NCBI GenBank assembly: GCA_030141605.1
Contig: JAQGDQ010000014.1
Location: 1,302,001-1,366,000 of the forward strand
Length of the DNA stretch: 64,000 nucleotides
Direction: 5' to 3'
Source of the DNA: Tubiluchus corallicola
Lineage: Eukaryota; Animalia; Priapulida
Below are positions 23,860 through 36,964 of the stretch, piece after piece. Below the pieces are notes generated by a model, which saw only the letters and a program-made list of their open reading frames with translations, made no database searches and was not told the origin of the DNA. The translations under genes were made by a program, and so were the position numbers. How positions within the stretch are numbered: position 1 is the first letter of the stretch; each line of letters begins with the position of its first letter.

Positions 23860-26452
23860 CTATAAGTAAACAATGATAGTCATAGCACTAACGTATAAGA
23901 AGATTATGAATAATGTAAACACCATATAATTACATATCAGACAATATATTATACATCAGCGAAAAAGTGTGAAAACTTGTTCTTCAGACTTGGGAAAAAA
24001 GTAAATCATTGGAATTAACTAACTGTACCAAACTTAGGCAGCACAAATAATATAAGGTAGACCCACAAGACTATAAAATAATATAACATTTATTTCGGAA
24101 CTACTGAAAAAATATTGGCTAGCTTGGCTTTGCAGACAAACTTCTTGACATTAAGACTACTGTCATCAACATAACCTGCACAGTGCTGCACTTCCCGCCT
24201 AAAATACTGCATGCTCTACTTGCTGCTACTAAGCCCTCTACCAGCCATTACTAAAGTTAAAGTCTAATGATACAAATTTGCATTCATTATTGCTAGAAAT
24301 GGATTCAAAGCTTTTCAGCACAAACATAGCCCGTGGTACCATTAGTGTATCAGATTTGGTGGCTTTCCATTTAACAATTTTAACAGTAGGTCTAGATGAA
24401 AATATTAGCCAGCACAATACAAAACCATAACAAACGAAAAGTTTGTGCTAGGCAATTTTTATTAAGAACTTCTGCCATTTAGGCATCAGCTTGTAATTCG
24501 ATGACTAGACACTCATTTTTTACGAACAGATTGCTTAATGTAGTGTTTGCTCAGGATGGGCAAACTGAGTAAAAAAATGAAAACAAGGCAAAAACTGAAG
24601 GAGTATCTTTAATGGCATCAAGAATGTCTGGCATAATGTAAATTATTACAATATAATATTACTTAACTAACAAGAACAAATTATTATTTCTTGACAAAAA
24701 GTAAAATAATTAATGGAACAAAACTAGTTTCATAGTAGTAAATAATGTAATGCATACTTTATGGTTTTATTACAAAATATATAATGATATTATACATATA
24801 TGCGCACATATTATACTGAATGTGTAATAATGATTAATGAAAGGCACATTGCACAGTTTCCCTATCAATTCAACAAATTTCTATATTGTTGGCGAAATGT
24901 CAGAAAATGCTACGAGCAAAGCAACTAAATAAGACAAGGCAAATAAATCTTTAAATATGACAAGAGATAAAATTCTGCATGATATTTTATTATTTCACAC
25001 TATTTTAGTATGTCTTCTTTAATGGGCAATAAAGGACTGTTGGCATCACAAACATTTGACATTCTTATGTTGTTGTTGTTATTGGTGTGGTGATGTGAAG
25101 GTGGGGGTGGTGTCGGTGGTGGTAATGGTGTTGGGGGGGGGGGTGTTTGTGTGGTGAGGTGGTGGTTAATTTTTAGAAATCTATTTTGCATTCTAAAGAT
25201 AATGTTAATTTTGTAAAAGATATTCAGTTAACTGGTGGCTGTGGACAATGACGATGACAGTGACAACAACAACAATGTAGAGAAAACCTGCAAAAATATT
25301 TTGTGCAGAGTCTTAACAGTGTGAAATGATGAAGGCTAGTACACCCATCTGATGATGGTCACTAATGCAAAAACATTCTCCATAATATTTGGTTACTGCT
25401 CCTTTAATGATGGTCATATGTTAAATGTAATTATTAACAGATGCAACATACATTAAGAGTGAGCTTAATAATTATACTGAACAGTAAAGCCAGAGTATAA
25501 TGGGATAATGTCACAGACAAATGCGTCAGCACCAATTCCAGTGTTGCTAGAAATGGAAATGTTCTGTAGCCTAGTCGTCTTTCTTAAAGGCTATAGATCT
25601 CCTTCCAAGACCACCATGTAGCATGAATGAACATTTTTGCAGAAAACGTTTGGGTTCAGGAAAAGCCCCCTATAATAAGCTCCCTCTCGTAATAAGACAG
25701 ATGTCACCAGATGGAGACTCTTCACTTGATGTATGGATTGTCAAGAATGGTGCAGTCAATGAAGCAGCAGCCTGGAATCTTATAAGCACAAGAAGACAAC
25801 CACATGCCAAGAGAATTAATATAATAGTTAGATTTGTAAATGCTGATTGCTAAAACTATATATTACCTCAGATCATAGTCATTTTTTTATTTCATGTGCA
25901 TAAACTGGGCCTAGATACGGATACAGTTAATTATTCTCGTTCCTGGATGTGGTAAGGTGCATTTAAGTTTAACAAAAAATAACTATGGCTTGATGGACAT
26001 CTAACTAACAACGAAAAATGAATGTGGTAAGATCTGACTTGAAATTTTCATTTTACTGCAAAGAACAAATTAAAAAAGCATTTAAAAATATTAACATGAT
26101 TTACTGTTGCTTTATGACTTAAGTTATAATGTTTAATCCCAGTCTGGAGTTTTTCAAAAGGCTTTGATTGTAAAATGCTTCTTTTCTAGCAGCTTATTTT
26201 TTTGGCTGAATTTATATAACTAGGTACAAACACCAGTCACTGGAAGAATAGCGAATTACTTTCAGTTTGAAGATAAAATTTGTCATCACATTGTTGACTT
26301 GAACTTTGTGGACCTTTTCGATTTGCACTCTTCCCAAAATTACAATGATATGGCTTTTGAACTTTTTTCATATTATCCAAAAATGCAAACACATTCTGTT
26401 TTAAAAATCCCACTGTATTCATCTAAAACCACGTGCTGTCTGAAAGTGTTAA

Positions 26453-29162
26453 GAACGCGTCCGCGAGAAGACCATGCAAAATCGAAAAATTCCGGCACAA
26501 GGTTAGGTAAACCGATTCAGACCAAAGTTCGGGTATGAGGTCCACTAGTCACTAGTATTCACTATATGAATCCGCTTGGTCCAACTCCTCGTAGTAGCAG
26601 AGGTACGGCATAGGCCGATTTTCATGAAAAAATGCCTATTTTTCTCTATTTTTTACTCATATTTGAAGGATTAACAACCACTGAGTTTGAATAGATCTGA
26701 CTCTGCACAGTATTGGATCTTGTTATCTTCTCCAAAATGACTTTTCAACTTTTGTCCCAAACCCCCCTCTTTCAGCTCTACTGGGGGTCTTTAAGCTCGC
26801 ATTACGCACAAGATGCAAATACTCCATCATTTCAAAGTCTTATATCTCACCCACTGCGGGGGCGGGAACAAAAATATCGATATGTATGTGAATAGAGCAT
26901 CCCATCCCACTGTGTTGTAGTGACAATTTCGATGGAGCGAATTTCCACCCTATTGTAAATGACCCTTGAAAGAGGCATATATCAGGGTGAAAATATAGGT
27001 AACAACGTTCATCAAAAAGCTTCGTGTAGGTAACATGAGTTGTCAAATCTTGTCAAAATACTTCAAAACGTCATAAATATTCATCTTTGGCAACTAGGGG
27101 CCTGGACAGCACATTGGTTAAACTACCGACAGGACTGGACTCTAGCATTCAAGATGGCGGCCACTGCTGAAATAAAATGTTCATTTTCTGGGCTGTTTAC
27201 CAGCGTTAAATGCGGTATTCTGACTAGTTATCTGCACGAAACAAATATTGTGAATCTATTAGCCTGTACTAAAGACACTAAACAGCATTTAGAGCGCTTC
27301 CATCTTCAAAAAATGAAATATCTACGGAATGGAAATTGCTTCTTGCAAGGACTGGAAAATGTTTTATGTACTGTTTATTTTCTATGCTTTGTAAATGTTA
27401 TGTACAGGTTATTACCTAGTTATTACTCATTGTCTTACATAGGTGTACAAGCCAGGACACAAAGAAAATTGCCCTAAATCTGAGCGAATGCCCAAAAAGT
27501 ATGGGACAGACTTCCCCCAAAATATCATTTGTCCGGTGATTTTTTGACTGTAAAACATCGAAAATTTTTGTGCCATTGGCGCAATCATTCAATCACACTA
27601 TTAATATTTTTTGTCAGAAGTATCGATTTTGTGCCACAAATAAATTTTGGGCGAAGAAAAATTTTCTGAGCTAAATATCACTGCCATCCCCCTAGAAGCG
27701 GCCCTTACGCTTATATTGTCTCATGTTTAGACTGCAAGATTTTCACTTTATCACTTTCCCCATGATATATTTGTCTATATTTTTGTATCTATCTTCTAGG
27801 GATAATCTACCTGCAACGATAATTCTTTCTCTATTATTTAGATATTATGGTTTTGATTACTTGTACTACTCTTCAGTGATAGGATTATGCTGCTACAATA
27901 GGAACAGTATTTTGGACTTAGAGAAACTAATTCTGACTTGAGTTTTGTAGTTTTTCATTTTTGTACTGATATTCATAATCTTCTATGTACAGCCATGAAG
28001 CTTATTCATATAAAAATTATAAAAAATGAATGGATTTCTATTTTATATGTATATACCAAGTGTTGTCAGATTCTTTCGCTAGCAGTGACTCTCAATCTTA
28101 ACAATCGGTACTTCTTTTCTATTAGAGGGCTTATTGTTTAGTCTTTCCTGGTATCCACTAGCGATTCAGTGTGTAGAGAATGCCTTGAATCAAGGTCGGA
28201 CTCGGTACTAGGGGCATGCATGATGTCCTGTCCAGAAATCCATCAGAAGAGGCAATTATTCATATTTGTAGTCATATGAAAATTCTGACATAACTAAACC
28301 AATTTAAGATGAAATTCGCAAATTTCTAGCAATTTCCATGGCAAAGGAATCTATTGCTACTAGGAAATGAGAGCACTGGTCACAGGAATATACGACCTGA
28401 GCCAAGTATGTCTACTTTTTACACATGGACGGAATTACTATGGAAAGTAAAAAAGTGTGTTGATAAGGCAGTTTTTTCTAACAGTGGCCCCTCTATATAA
28501 TGTCATTCGTGATATTATCTCAGCTCGTGCGTTTTCATGAAATTTAGAATACAGATTTGTCACTTATAATGCAGCATATAGATAGAAAAAATATTGAAAA
28601 ACTACAAAAAAGGGGAATTTTGCTGATTTTTGTGAAATTTTAAAGTGCCAGTACTAAATTCTGAAACAGGCTCCAGCGAATTTTCTTTTTTATATTATTA
28701 GTGAGCATGATGTGATTAACACATACATGAAAACCAGAAGTTCTGTAGCCCCGCAGTGGGCGAGTTATGAGCCTTACAACTTAACCTCTCTCTGGACTCT
28801 TAACAAGGAGCCGAATTTGAAAAATGCCGTTCTCTGATTATCTGATACTATTAATAGTATGTCAGAAAAAGTTAGGATATCAGAAGACAATGTCTGGGTC
28901 TATGTACCAGCCAACTTACATCGACCCATCTATAATAGTTTATACAGGAGAAAAAGTTAAAATAACCCCCCAAAATAGCGATTTTTTGCCTCTTTTGAGG
29001 TCAATTTCTTGATGTGGTCATTTCTCTGCCAATAGTAGCTCGATCGATTTGATATCTTGGTTACATGGTTTTGGGGGGTCGCCCTTCATATTAGAAAAAA
29101 ATGATATAAATCGTTCACCCCTCATGTGCCACCCCCTGCATGGTGCTCTCGCGGACTCGTTC
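26453..29162. mobile_element. 2.7-kb non-autonomous DNA transposon with TTAA TSD (Kolobok-like)
   Basis: TTAA|GAACGCGTCCGCGAGAAGACCATGCA ... TGCATGGTGCTCTCGCGGACTCGTTC|TTAA: ~26-bp TIRs with 5'-RR termini; no recognisable transposase. Confidence 0.8.
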
Positions 29163-31078
29163 TTAACTGTTTAACCTTAAATGTCTTTCCTTGCAGACTT
29201 AATTATATTTTTGTTCATGTTGATTATCAACGTATTGCTTATCAGCGTAATAATCATTTTATGTTGCTTTTCTTACTAAGCTATTCGTAATTCCTACTGC
29301 ATTCGCCTAGCTATAGTTGACATTTGCTTAATACAGATTACTAAATAGAGCCTGCTTACTCATTAAAAATTATTAACGTTGTTTAATCATGTGAGAAAAT
29401 TTAGCAATAACCGATTTTATTTATCCTTGGTATTCTATTTACTGTTGGCTATATTACTGTACCAGCAGCGAAACCAAGATTTGCTATCTCTTAATGTTTT
29501 GCATTATGCATCCCAGTGAGCAACAACCAGATTACAGTGTAATATTAACAGCACGGATTTTGAGAAAAAAACTTATTCATGCGGGAACATGCTATCACTC
29601 TTGTAGGTACCTGATACAGACATATTCTCCCTCCACTTGGCTCCTGGACTGCCTAAGCTTGGACCAGCACCTACCAATAGGGTGTCAGTTAAACAAGTTA
29701 AAACAAATACTAGATACGTTTCTTTTCACATAGTTTTCAAAATTAAAGAAATAAAAATCATTAAGCAAATTTAAAATCTAAAAAATGCTTTTGTGGTGCA
29801 AAAGAGAGGAATAAGTTAAGAAATAAGGAGGCAGTGTTTCAACCATAGATACTGCATTTTTCTATTTTCTCTATAGCTTACTGGTGTAGTGTGCTAACCC
29901 AGTCACCAAATTTTTAATTATGTGCCAGGGGATGATGGGGTAATTGATTGTCTGAGTATGAGATACTGCTGTATATGCTAATAATTAGGCTTTACAAAAT
30001 TTTGATAAATGACACGTATGAAAGGAGAGGGTTTCTAAGCTATTTAACTACCCTGTCACTTCGGATAGTTCAAGTACTCATAATGTAAAAATGCATTTGT
30101 GGCAAGAATGTTTGCAAAAAAGTAGTAGCTACGACAGCTAATTTTCTGTTACGAATCAGAGTACCTCTTGTTCACAAAATTTGTAAATGTCCAACTTCAT
30201 ACATTAAAGCAAAACCGTACCCAATCTTAAACTGTAGGTCAAAACAATCTACTCTTTAAAATATTCAAAGGAAACATACTATATTTTCGTGAAAGACTTA
30301 CGTGAAAGAATTATTACCACACAAACACAATTTCGCGTTGGCGCCACTAGTTCTTTGCTGTTACATGCATTTTTGCCATTTGCTAGTTAGACAGGCACTA
30401 GCACCAGCATTTTGGAAACACACTGCACAAAAACAGGTGCTGTATCTCTCAATTCAAATGTATTAGTTTCTGATGAACTACACACGTTCTACAGCTAAAG
30501 CATGCAGTGGTAAACTTGAAATTTGAATTTTTATCTTAAAACTTACCAAGGCTTATTACAACACAGTAGCACTCTTACAGTAGCACTGTGCTTCAATTTT
30601 CACTTTTGCAAATACGTGCAACACGCTTGTGGAATATTTTTGCTGTTGAAAATTATGTTAGTCAGTAATGTCGTCAGTAGTTGGGCTCACCCACCATTAA
30701 TTAAGAATTTAATTATCAGAAAAGCTTTTGCAGTATTAATTGCGTTAAAATGTATACTTTTTGTTGGACTAGAAAATGGGATAGTATATGAAAAATCATC
30801 CTGTCTTCTATTAAACTTTTGAGTCAAAGTTCTGAGCTAATAATGTAGTATAATCTTATATTTTCAAATGTTTAAATTACTTGACACATGGTGACTGTAG
30901 CCATACACGAAATATGTGTTAGTGCCACCATAAAAAATATGCAAATTTACATGTACATTAATTAATTAAACAAACACGAAAATTATTTTTCCATTCATTT
31001 TTAAGCACATCCAAGTATTACACAAGCAGTGGCAGAAAGAGTTTAATAAAATTAATTCACTTGATAGATTAATCTCAC

Positions 31079-31168
31079 CTGAAGGATAACCTGGTAATGT
31101 GGTTAATGGTGAATGACTGTTCATTGCTGCTAAAGCTGCTAACTGATGTTGCATGCTGCCAACTGAAC
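31079..31168 (-). CDS. CELF1/2: CELF1/2 linker exon
   Basis: ttttgttcag acceptor, GTGAGA donor, 90 nt; SVGSMQHQLAALAAMNSHSPLTTLPGYPS. Confidence 0.88.
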
Positions 31169-31259
31169 CTGAACAAAACAAAAACAGCAAAAGTTGCTTT
31201 CTTCAAGAAGAGTATTTTTGAATTGTGTGCAATGTTGAATATTAGTGAATGGGTAGAAC

Positions 31260-31899
31260 TAGGGCTGTTAAACGATATAAACATGGCGACACTATAGTGG
31301 TACGATATACTTTTTTCTAATCATACGTTATCGATATCTGTTTTTCAGATGATACGATAAATTATTTTGAACAATAAAAACGATATTGAAAGTCTGGTTA
31401 GTTATTGGTCAAGGTGTCTTGGTGTACTGAAACACCGTATGCTTGCAGGCTCTTTACTGATTAATGCATTGACATCTGTAATCTATGACAAAGTTCTCTT
31501 CTTTGTTTTATCACAAAATAATATTAATATGTGAGCTGCAGCAAATGAACATAACACATGGAATTATTACTACATATATTTATTTATGAGAGCCATACTG
31601 CTTACAGATAACTGGGAAAATACCTCTAAAAATATCACACATGGCATTAGCGTATCATTAAACTGACTGAAGATACCTGTTCAGTCTCTTTTTTAATTTT
31701 TTATGTATTTCGTTTGCATAAATGAAAAAGCAAAATGAAGAAAATTTTATAAAGGTGAGCAATAAACAGCAATACACCAAATTCAATGTGATAATGATAC
31801 TGCTAGAGTGATATCGATACAATAACAATAAAATAAATTTATCGTATCGACTGGATAATTGATAATTATCGATAAATATTGTTATCATTAATATCCCTA
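31260..31899. mobile_element. hAT-type MITE with ATCGAT/CGATA subterminal repeats
   Basis: Termini TAGGG...CCCTA; 8-bp TSD GGTAGAAC / GGTAGAAT. Confidence 0.8.
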
Positions 31900-32597
31900 G
31901 GTAGAATTAGTGGCAGGCAGGTAAGGGGACTGATATCTAACTGATGATGTATAACAATTTGGCTTGATAAACAGGAGTTGATAAACTGTCAGTTTTTTGA
32001 TTTTGACTTTTCTACATTAAAGCAACAAACTAGTTTTGGTGATTGTTAGACACTGTCCAAAATTGACTAAAACACTAAATAAAAACCCGAGGCAGATGCA
32101 ATATTAGAAAAAATGTAAAAAATTTTATAAACAAACAAGTAACAAAAACTGGAATTCACTGGAACGTTTTCACTGGTGGTCAGATATAAATTAATATTAA
32201 ACTTAGTTTTTCGCTAACATGTCCAACCAAGACTGCGAAAGGGATGTTAATCCAAACACATAAGCATGATCGTTTACGTGCCATCGCAAAATAAAGTAGA
32301 TGTTGTACAGTACTAACCAACGAATAACTATAAATAATGAAAATGTAAATGCCTCACAAAACTACGGCCACATTTGCTATTATTTGCAAACCACCAGTAG
32401 CGTGATCTCAAAGTATTGTAAAACATTTAACTGAAAAGTAAATTGTAACACTTCTTTTTGAAAAATGTGTTGAATGGTGTTATGCTAGAAATTTGACTGA
32501 ATCAAGCACAAGACCCATTTTGACAAATCAGCTATGGTGCAGAGGTCTGCCACATTTCAAGAACAGCCCTCATTTGTTTTCTTCCAAACATACATAC

Positions 32598-32720
32598 TTG
32601 GATTATTAGCTGCCATCAAAGCTGACAAATTCTGTACATTTGTATAGTTGGTGAGATCAGTAGCTGCTGTGGCTATCAAAGGGCTACTTAGTCCTGACAG
32701 TCCTGCTGCTGGAATACCTA
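32598..32720 (-). CDS. CELF1/2: CELF1/2 linker exon (NAGNAG acceptor)
   Basis: ttctttgCAGTAG tandem acceptor, GTATGT donor; (V)GIPAAGLSGLSSPLIATAATDLTNYTNVQNLSALMAANNP. Confidence 0.88.
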
Positions 32721-33812
32721 CTGCAAAGAAAAATGCACAATAAAACAACTCTGCTCTGACAACTTGCAAATAAATAAGCAACAGTAAAGTTTAAACAGAT
32801 TTGAAGGTTTTCAATCATATTGCATGTAGATCGTGTGATTATAAAGCTTTCAAAGCAACATCACAAAGTATATATTCTGACAGAAATGATTAATAGTGTT
32901 GTAGCAGATTGATAGCTCTACATTTAAATTTGGTTTGCATGATTTTGCTACTCAAAAAATTAATAAGAGTAAATCAATATTAATGACAAGTTAAATCAAA
33001 TCGTTTTAACTGCATGTGAGACCATTAGATTAAAGTATTAAAATCTTAAAATACTATTGATGACATCCATTAAAAAGGGGGCAGGCTTATCAGGGTATGG
33101 ATTTTTGGAAAAAACATTGCAGTACAAAGACGTGGTTGTAGGGAATGAAAAAATTTCCGATTATATAGAAAAACAAAAGTGACTGGCCTTGCAGAAAACG
33201 TTTTGGAACTGTTTGACTTTTAGGACTGGACGAGCTGTTGAAATAATGATATGATAAGACTTAGTGGTGAAAGAAGTGAACATTAAGGCAGGTTTACATG
33301 ACATATTATAGGTGTATACTTATAACTGTTCAGCTCTAACTTGATCTTGCTGCATTTCAAAAAAACAGTAAAAAAACTCAAAATGCCTCCACAGATACTG
33401 ATACGATAATGTAGTTTTCTAATGCAACCACACAATCAAGGCTCTGCAAAAGTCAGGCTCGGAATATCAGGATTTCAAAATTTCTAGATGACAACCATCT
33501 GCAGGTAAACACTACTTTTATACTCTGCATTAACTTGCTTCATTGCATTTAAATTTAACATCTCTGTACTTTCGTTTAGTTAGATCCTATGTTGTTTTCT
33601 TTTACATGAGTTTAATAATATTTTGCTATCAATTTAGATTTTATATAGATTTACAGAATACATTTAAATGTAAATACATGTAGCGTTTAGGTTTATGTTA
33701 TATCACCATTTTCAATTTGTCTACTTGACTGTAGTGCAAACTTACAGAAGCAAATAAAAGGAGATAATTATAATAATACTAATGTAAAAATTTGTGGAGG
33801 TAGTTGCCTTAC

Positions 33813-33930
33813 CTGTACCATTAGCAGATGCTGCCAATTGTGCAGCTATTTGATGAACACCTAATGAGTTCATGCCTGTTGTTCCAGCCAATTGTGGCAT
33901 AGCAACTGTTCCTAGTGATGCAGGTGCACC
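33813..33930 (-). CDS. CELF1/2: CELF1/2 linker exon
   Basis: gtttttag acceptor, GTAAGG donor, 118 nt, phase 0->1; GAPASLGTVAMPQLAGTTGMNSLGVHQIAAQLAASANGT. Confidence 0.88.
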
Positions 33931-33982
33931 CTAAAAACAATAACAGATATCAGTTACGTAAAACAGAAAGAACAAATGTAAA

Positions 33983-34009
33983 ATAGTAATCGTAATAGTA
34001 ATAATAATA

Positions 34010-34045
<36 letters not shown>
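33983..34045. repeat. (AAT)n microsatellite
   Basis: Direct reading. Confidence 0.9.
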
Positions 34046-35117
34046 GACTTTTTAAAAGTCGGCTTTTAGATAAATAATTAACATAAGCTCAAGGAATTTT
34101 TGGCCAACTGTAAAATAATAACAATTCTACAACTACATAAATGATACTGTTATTAACCAGCTTATAACTTAACCTAATGTCTATGTATGTTTTTCAATGC
34201 CATACTCTGTAGCTTCTGGGTAGATCAGCATTGGGCTTGCTCTATGCTTTTAGTTGACTGTTATGCTACAGTGTCAGCTGTATTTGCATAGAGTTCTAAA
34301 TGGTTGCTGAGGAAAAAGTACAAATTACTGTCCCACATAGCCCAATAAGGTTTCCTACAGTCCAGACTGTGTTGCAATTTTGTGAAGTGAAAAGTTTGTA
34401 TGGTATGTAAATAGTGACTAGTGTAAAACTGACAGACAATAATAGTTTAATATAGATAGACAAATTATATTGCTAGGCAGGTAACATTTCCATTTTTAAA
34501 CTTAAATCTACATTGAATAATTATAAATTGCATTCTGTTTCAAAATCTGAAATTTCATAGGTGAAAGTTCGCCCAGTTAAGTTTCCTTGTAACCAAGTAT
34601 CATTATTTTGCGTTTCATTTGCTGATTATTAATCATAGGACCTTACTGAGGGAAAGAAAGATCTATGAGAGTGTTACCAAAATAAACTGTATATAGATAA
34701 CCATAAATGTGCAGTTTTGTATTATTAAAGACATTGTACCAATGGGATACAAAGAAAAACCTCTTCTAGGACACAGATCATAGATGGCAAAGCCTACACA
34801 CAGGAATAAAACTGTTTATACAAAATGCACATGCTCATTAAAAACAATAAATTACCAATGACTGATATTACAGACCTATTTTAATACCTTCTATTGCAGT
34901 TTCAATTAATGTCCCTCAGTAGCATATTTACAACATTACACATGCATTAACAACATGAAGTACAGCTAAAGTTGTTTTCACAAATAAATTTTAATCCCTA
35001 TTAATTGTAATTTGTTTCATTTAAAATGCTGTTTCAGTGCAGTTCAAGCAGCACAGTACTATTAGCCTATTAGAACTATTTGCTTGTTTAAATTATTCCA
35101 AAAAAGTGGTCCCTTAA

Positions 35118-35320
35118 TGGTGCATGCAGATGTATAAGACTTCTCTCGCAACTTGTATGTGCAATTGCTATGAGAGAAGTTGCCAAGCCATTCACACTTG
35201 CAACAAGTTGAGAGAGAAGTTGCTAGAGAAGTTGCTAAACTGTTCACATGTTGCAACTTTACTCCCTCAGAGAATATGTGCAATAAGTTGCAAGATAAGT
35301 CTCTATGTCTGAATGCGCCA
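35118..35320. mobile_element. PIF/Harbinger-type MITE
   Basis: TAA TSD on both sides; ~45-bp imperfect TIRs TGGTGCATGCAGA... / ...TCTGAATGCGCCA. Confidence 0.75.
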
Positions 35321-35904
35321 TAAATGTAATAAACTGTTTTGCAACATTTGTTCAACAATACTGAACTTGAAAGAGTTTACATATCTGGTGCTATGTATTC
35401 TATTTGTGTTATTTGGAAATGAATATTTGGAAAGAAAGCGGTGTATTTCACTCCATTTTTCAGTTTCTATCATTTAGCAAAAATCTGTAACCATGGTAAT
35501 AAAAAATATTAATTGATTTGTTAATCTATGTTTCAGACTAGTATTTCATTACATCCACTTAATAATTTCAAGCATGTATATATGTATGGATTATATCTAC
35601 TTTACGTAAAGCCACAATCAAATGTCAAGCGAATAAAGACTATGTGACGAAGTCAAACCCAAGTTTGAAAGTCTAACTAAATAATATACAACCAATGAAT
35701 GTTGGCTATTTTTAAGTAATTTAAAAGAGCCAGAGCAGGAGGACATCATCATACCAACATAGTTTTGAAAGGCAAAAATTTAAGAAAAAAGAATTAAATA
35801 AATTTATCATATAAAAGAGCATGGATTGTAAAGGTAAGAGCAGATTGCCTTTATCAAATTAGCATAAATAGAGAAATATAACAAATAAATTCCCTTACAC
35901 CTAC

Positions 35905-36051
35905 GGTAATGTACTGGGGTGATAAAGCAGCAATAGCAGGCATTCCTTGCAAACCCCATACATTTGTTGCTGTATAGTGTTCTGCAATCTTCTTTTGTTC
36001 CTTCTCTTTCTGCGTATCGGCAAGTTTCACAACCATCGGTGCTGTACAACC
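35905..36051 (-). CDS. CELF1/2: CELF1/2 exon, end of RRM2 and start of linker (alternative donor 6 nt downstream)
   Basis: GCTAPMVVKLADTQKEKEQKKIAEH...LSPQYIT, cf. CELF1 [21 protein letters not shown]...GPQYLA; donors GTAGGT (35904) and GTAAGG (35898). Confidence 0.95.
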
Positions 36052-36884
36052 CTGTTGTCAATGAAAGCATCGTTATAAATCTACTAGTTAGTAGAACTAA
36101 AGGTAACCGCTTAGCTGAAAATGAAAATATCTGAAAAAATTAATCACTTATAATTTAAAGCTGTAGCTTGTTCCATAACCACTTACTAGGTGATATTGCA
36201 GAAGTAAACAGCATGGTATTACATTTAGGAAAGTGCATCCTGAATGGCCTAAAAAATGTGCAATATCTTTTTTGCTACCAGAACAGAAAGATACCACTAA
36301 TGAAATTATTTACAGACACGTAAAAGTTACTATATAATAGATATGGATTCTGATAGTTGTTTTTAACTAAGGTTTACATTTTTAATTTTGTGCACTTTAG
36401 TTATTTGTCCCATCATTCAATTCAATTCTGTTCATTTCAAATTCTTCACTCAATTAGCATAGCAGCAAATAACATTTAAACAAAAGCTTGTTTTGTTGTT
36501 TGAAATTCGTTGTTTTCTGATGGCAAGATTTTGGATAATGGCAGTTAAGATAAATCGTCAATCTACCTTAAAAATGTTACTTTCAATCATGCAATTAATG
36601 GCTTGTTTTGACAGCCACAGATCTGCTAATTGTGGGCTGTGCACATTAGATGCTGCTTTAATTATAATGGTAAGACAGTGGCAGATGCTCTTACAGTTTT
36701 GCATCACAGAAATTGTGTCAATGTCTTGTAAGACGATAATGACAAACAAAGCTTTCTGAGTTTATTTTTGATAAATACAGTTTCCCCACCGAAAGTATAG
36801 CAGTTGTGTGGACATTTAATTCAGTTATTTTATAATTTTAGAGTACTTGCACATTTCCGACTGTTTGAAAACCTAAATACTTAC

Positions 36885-36964
36885 TTCCATTGTTTGCGAG
36901 TGGTGAACTGATTTGATGGCATTGAGAGCACATTGCCTGCTTGCATACGTTACGAATGCACAAC
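36885..36964 (-). CDS. CELF1/2: CELF1/2 exon, RRM2 RNP1 region
   Basis: ctttcag acceptor, GTAAGT donor, 80 nt; [27 protein letters not shown]. Confidence 0.96.

Noticed and set aside
24170-24255. Additional cassette exon upstream of the 23859 exon
   Set aside because: Weak donor (GTTATG) and ambiguous acceptors; such sites arise by chance in AT-rich introns.
27040-27477. 145-aa ORF as a transposase
   Set aside because: No recognisable DDE, THAP or zinc-finger motifs; non-ATG start.
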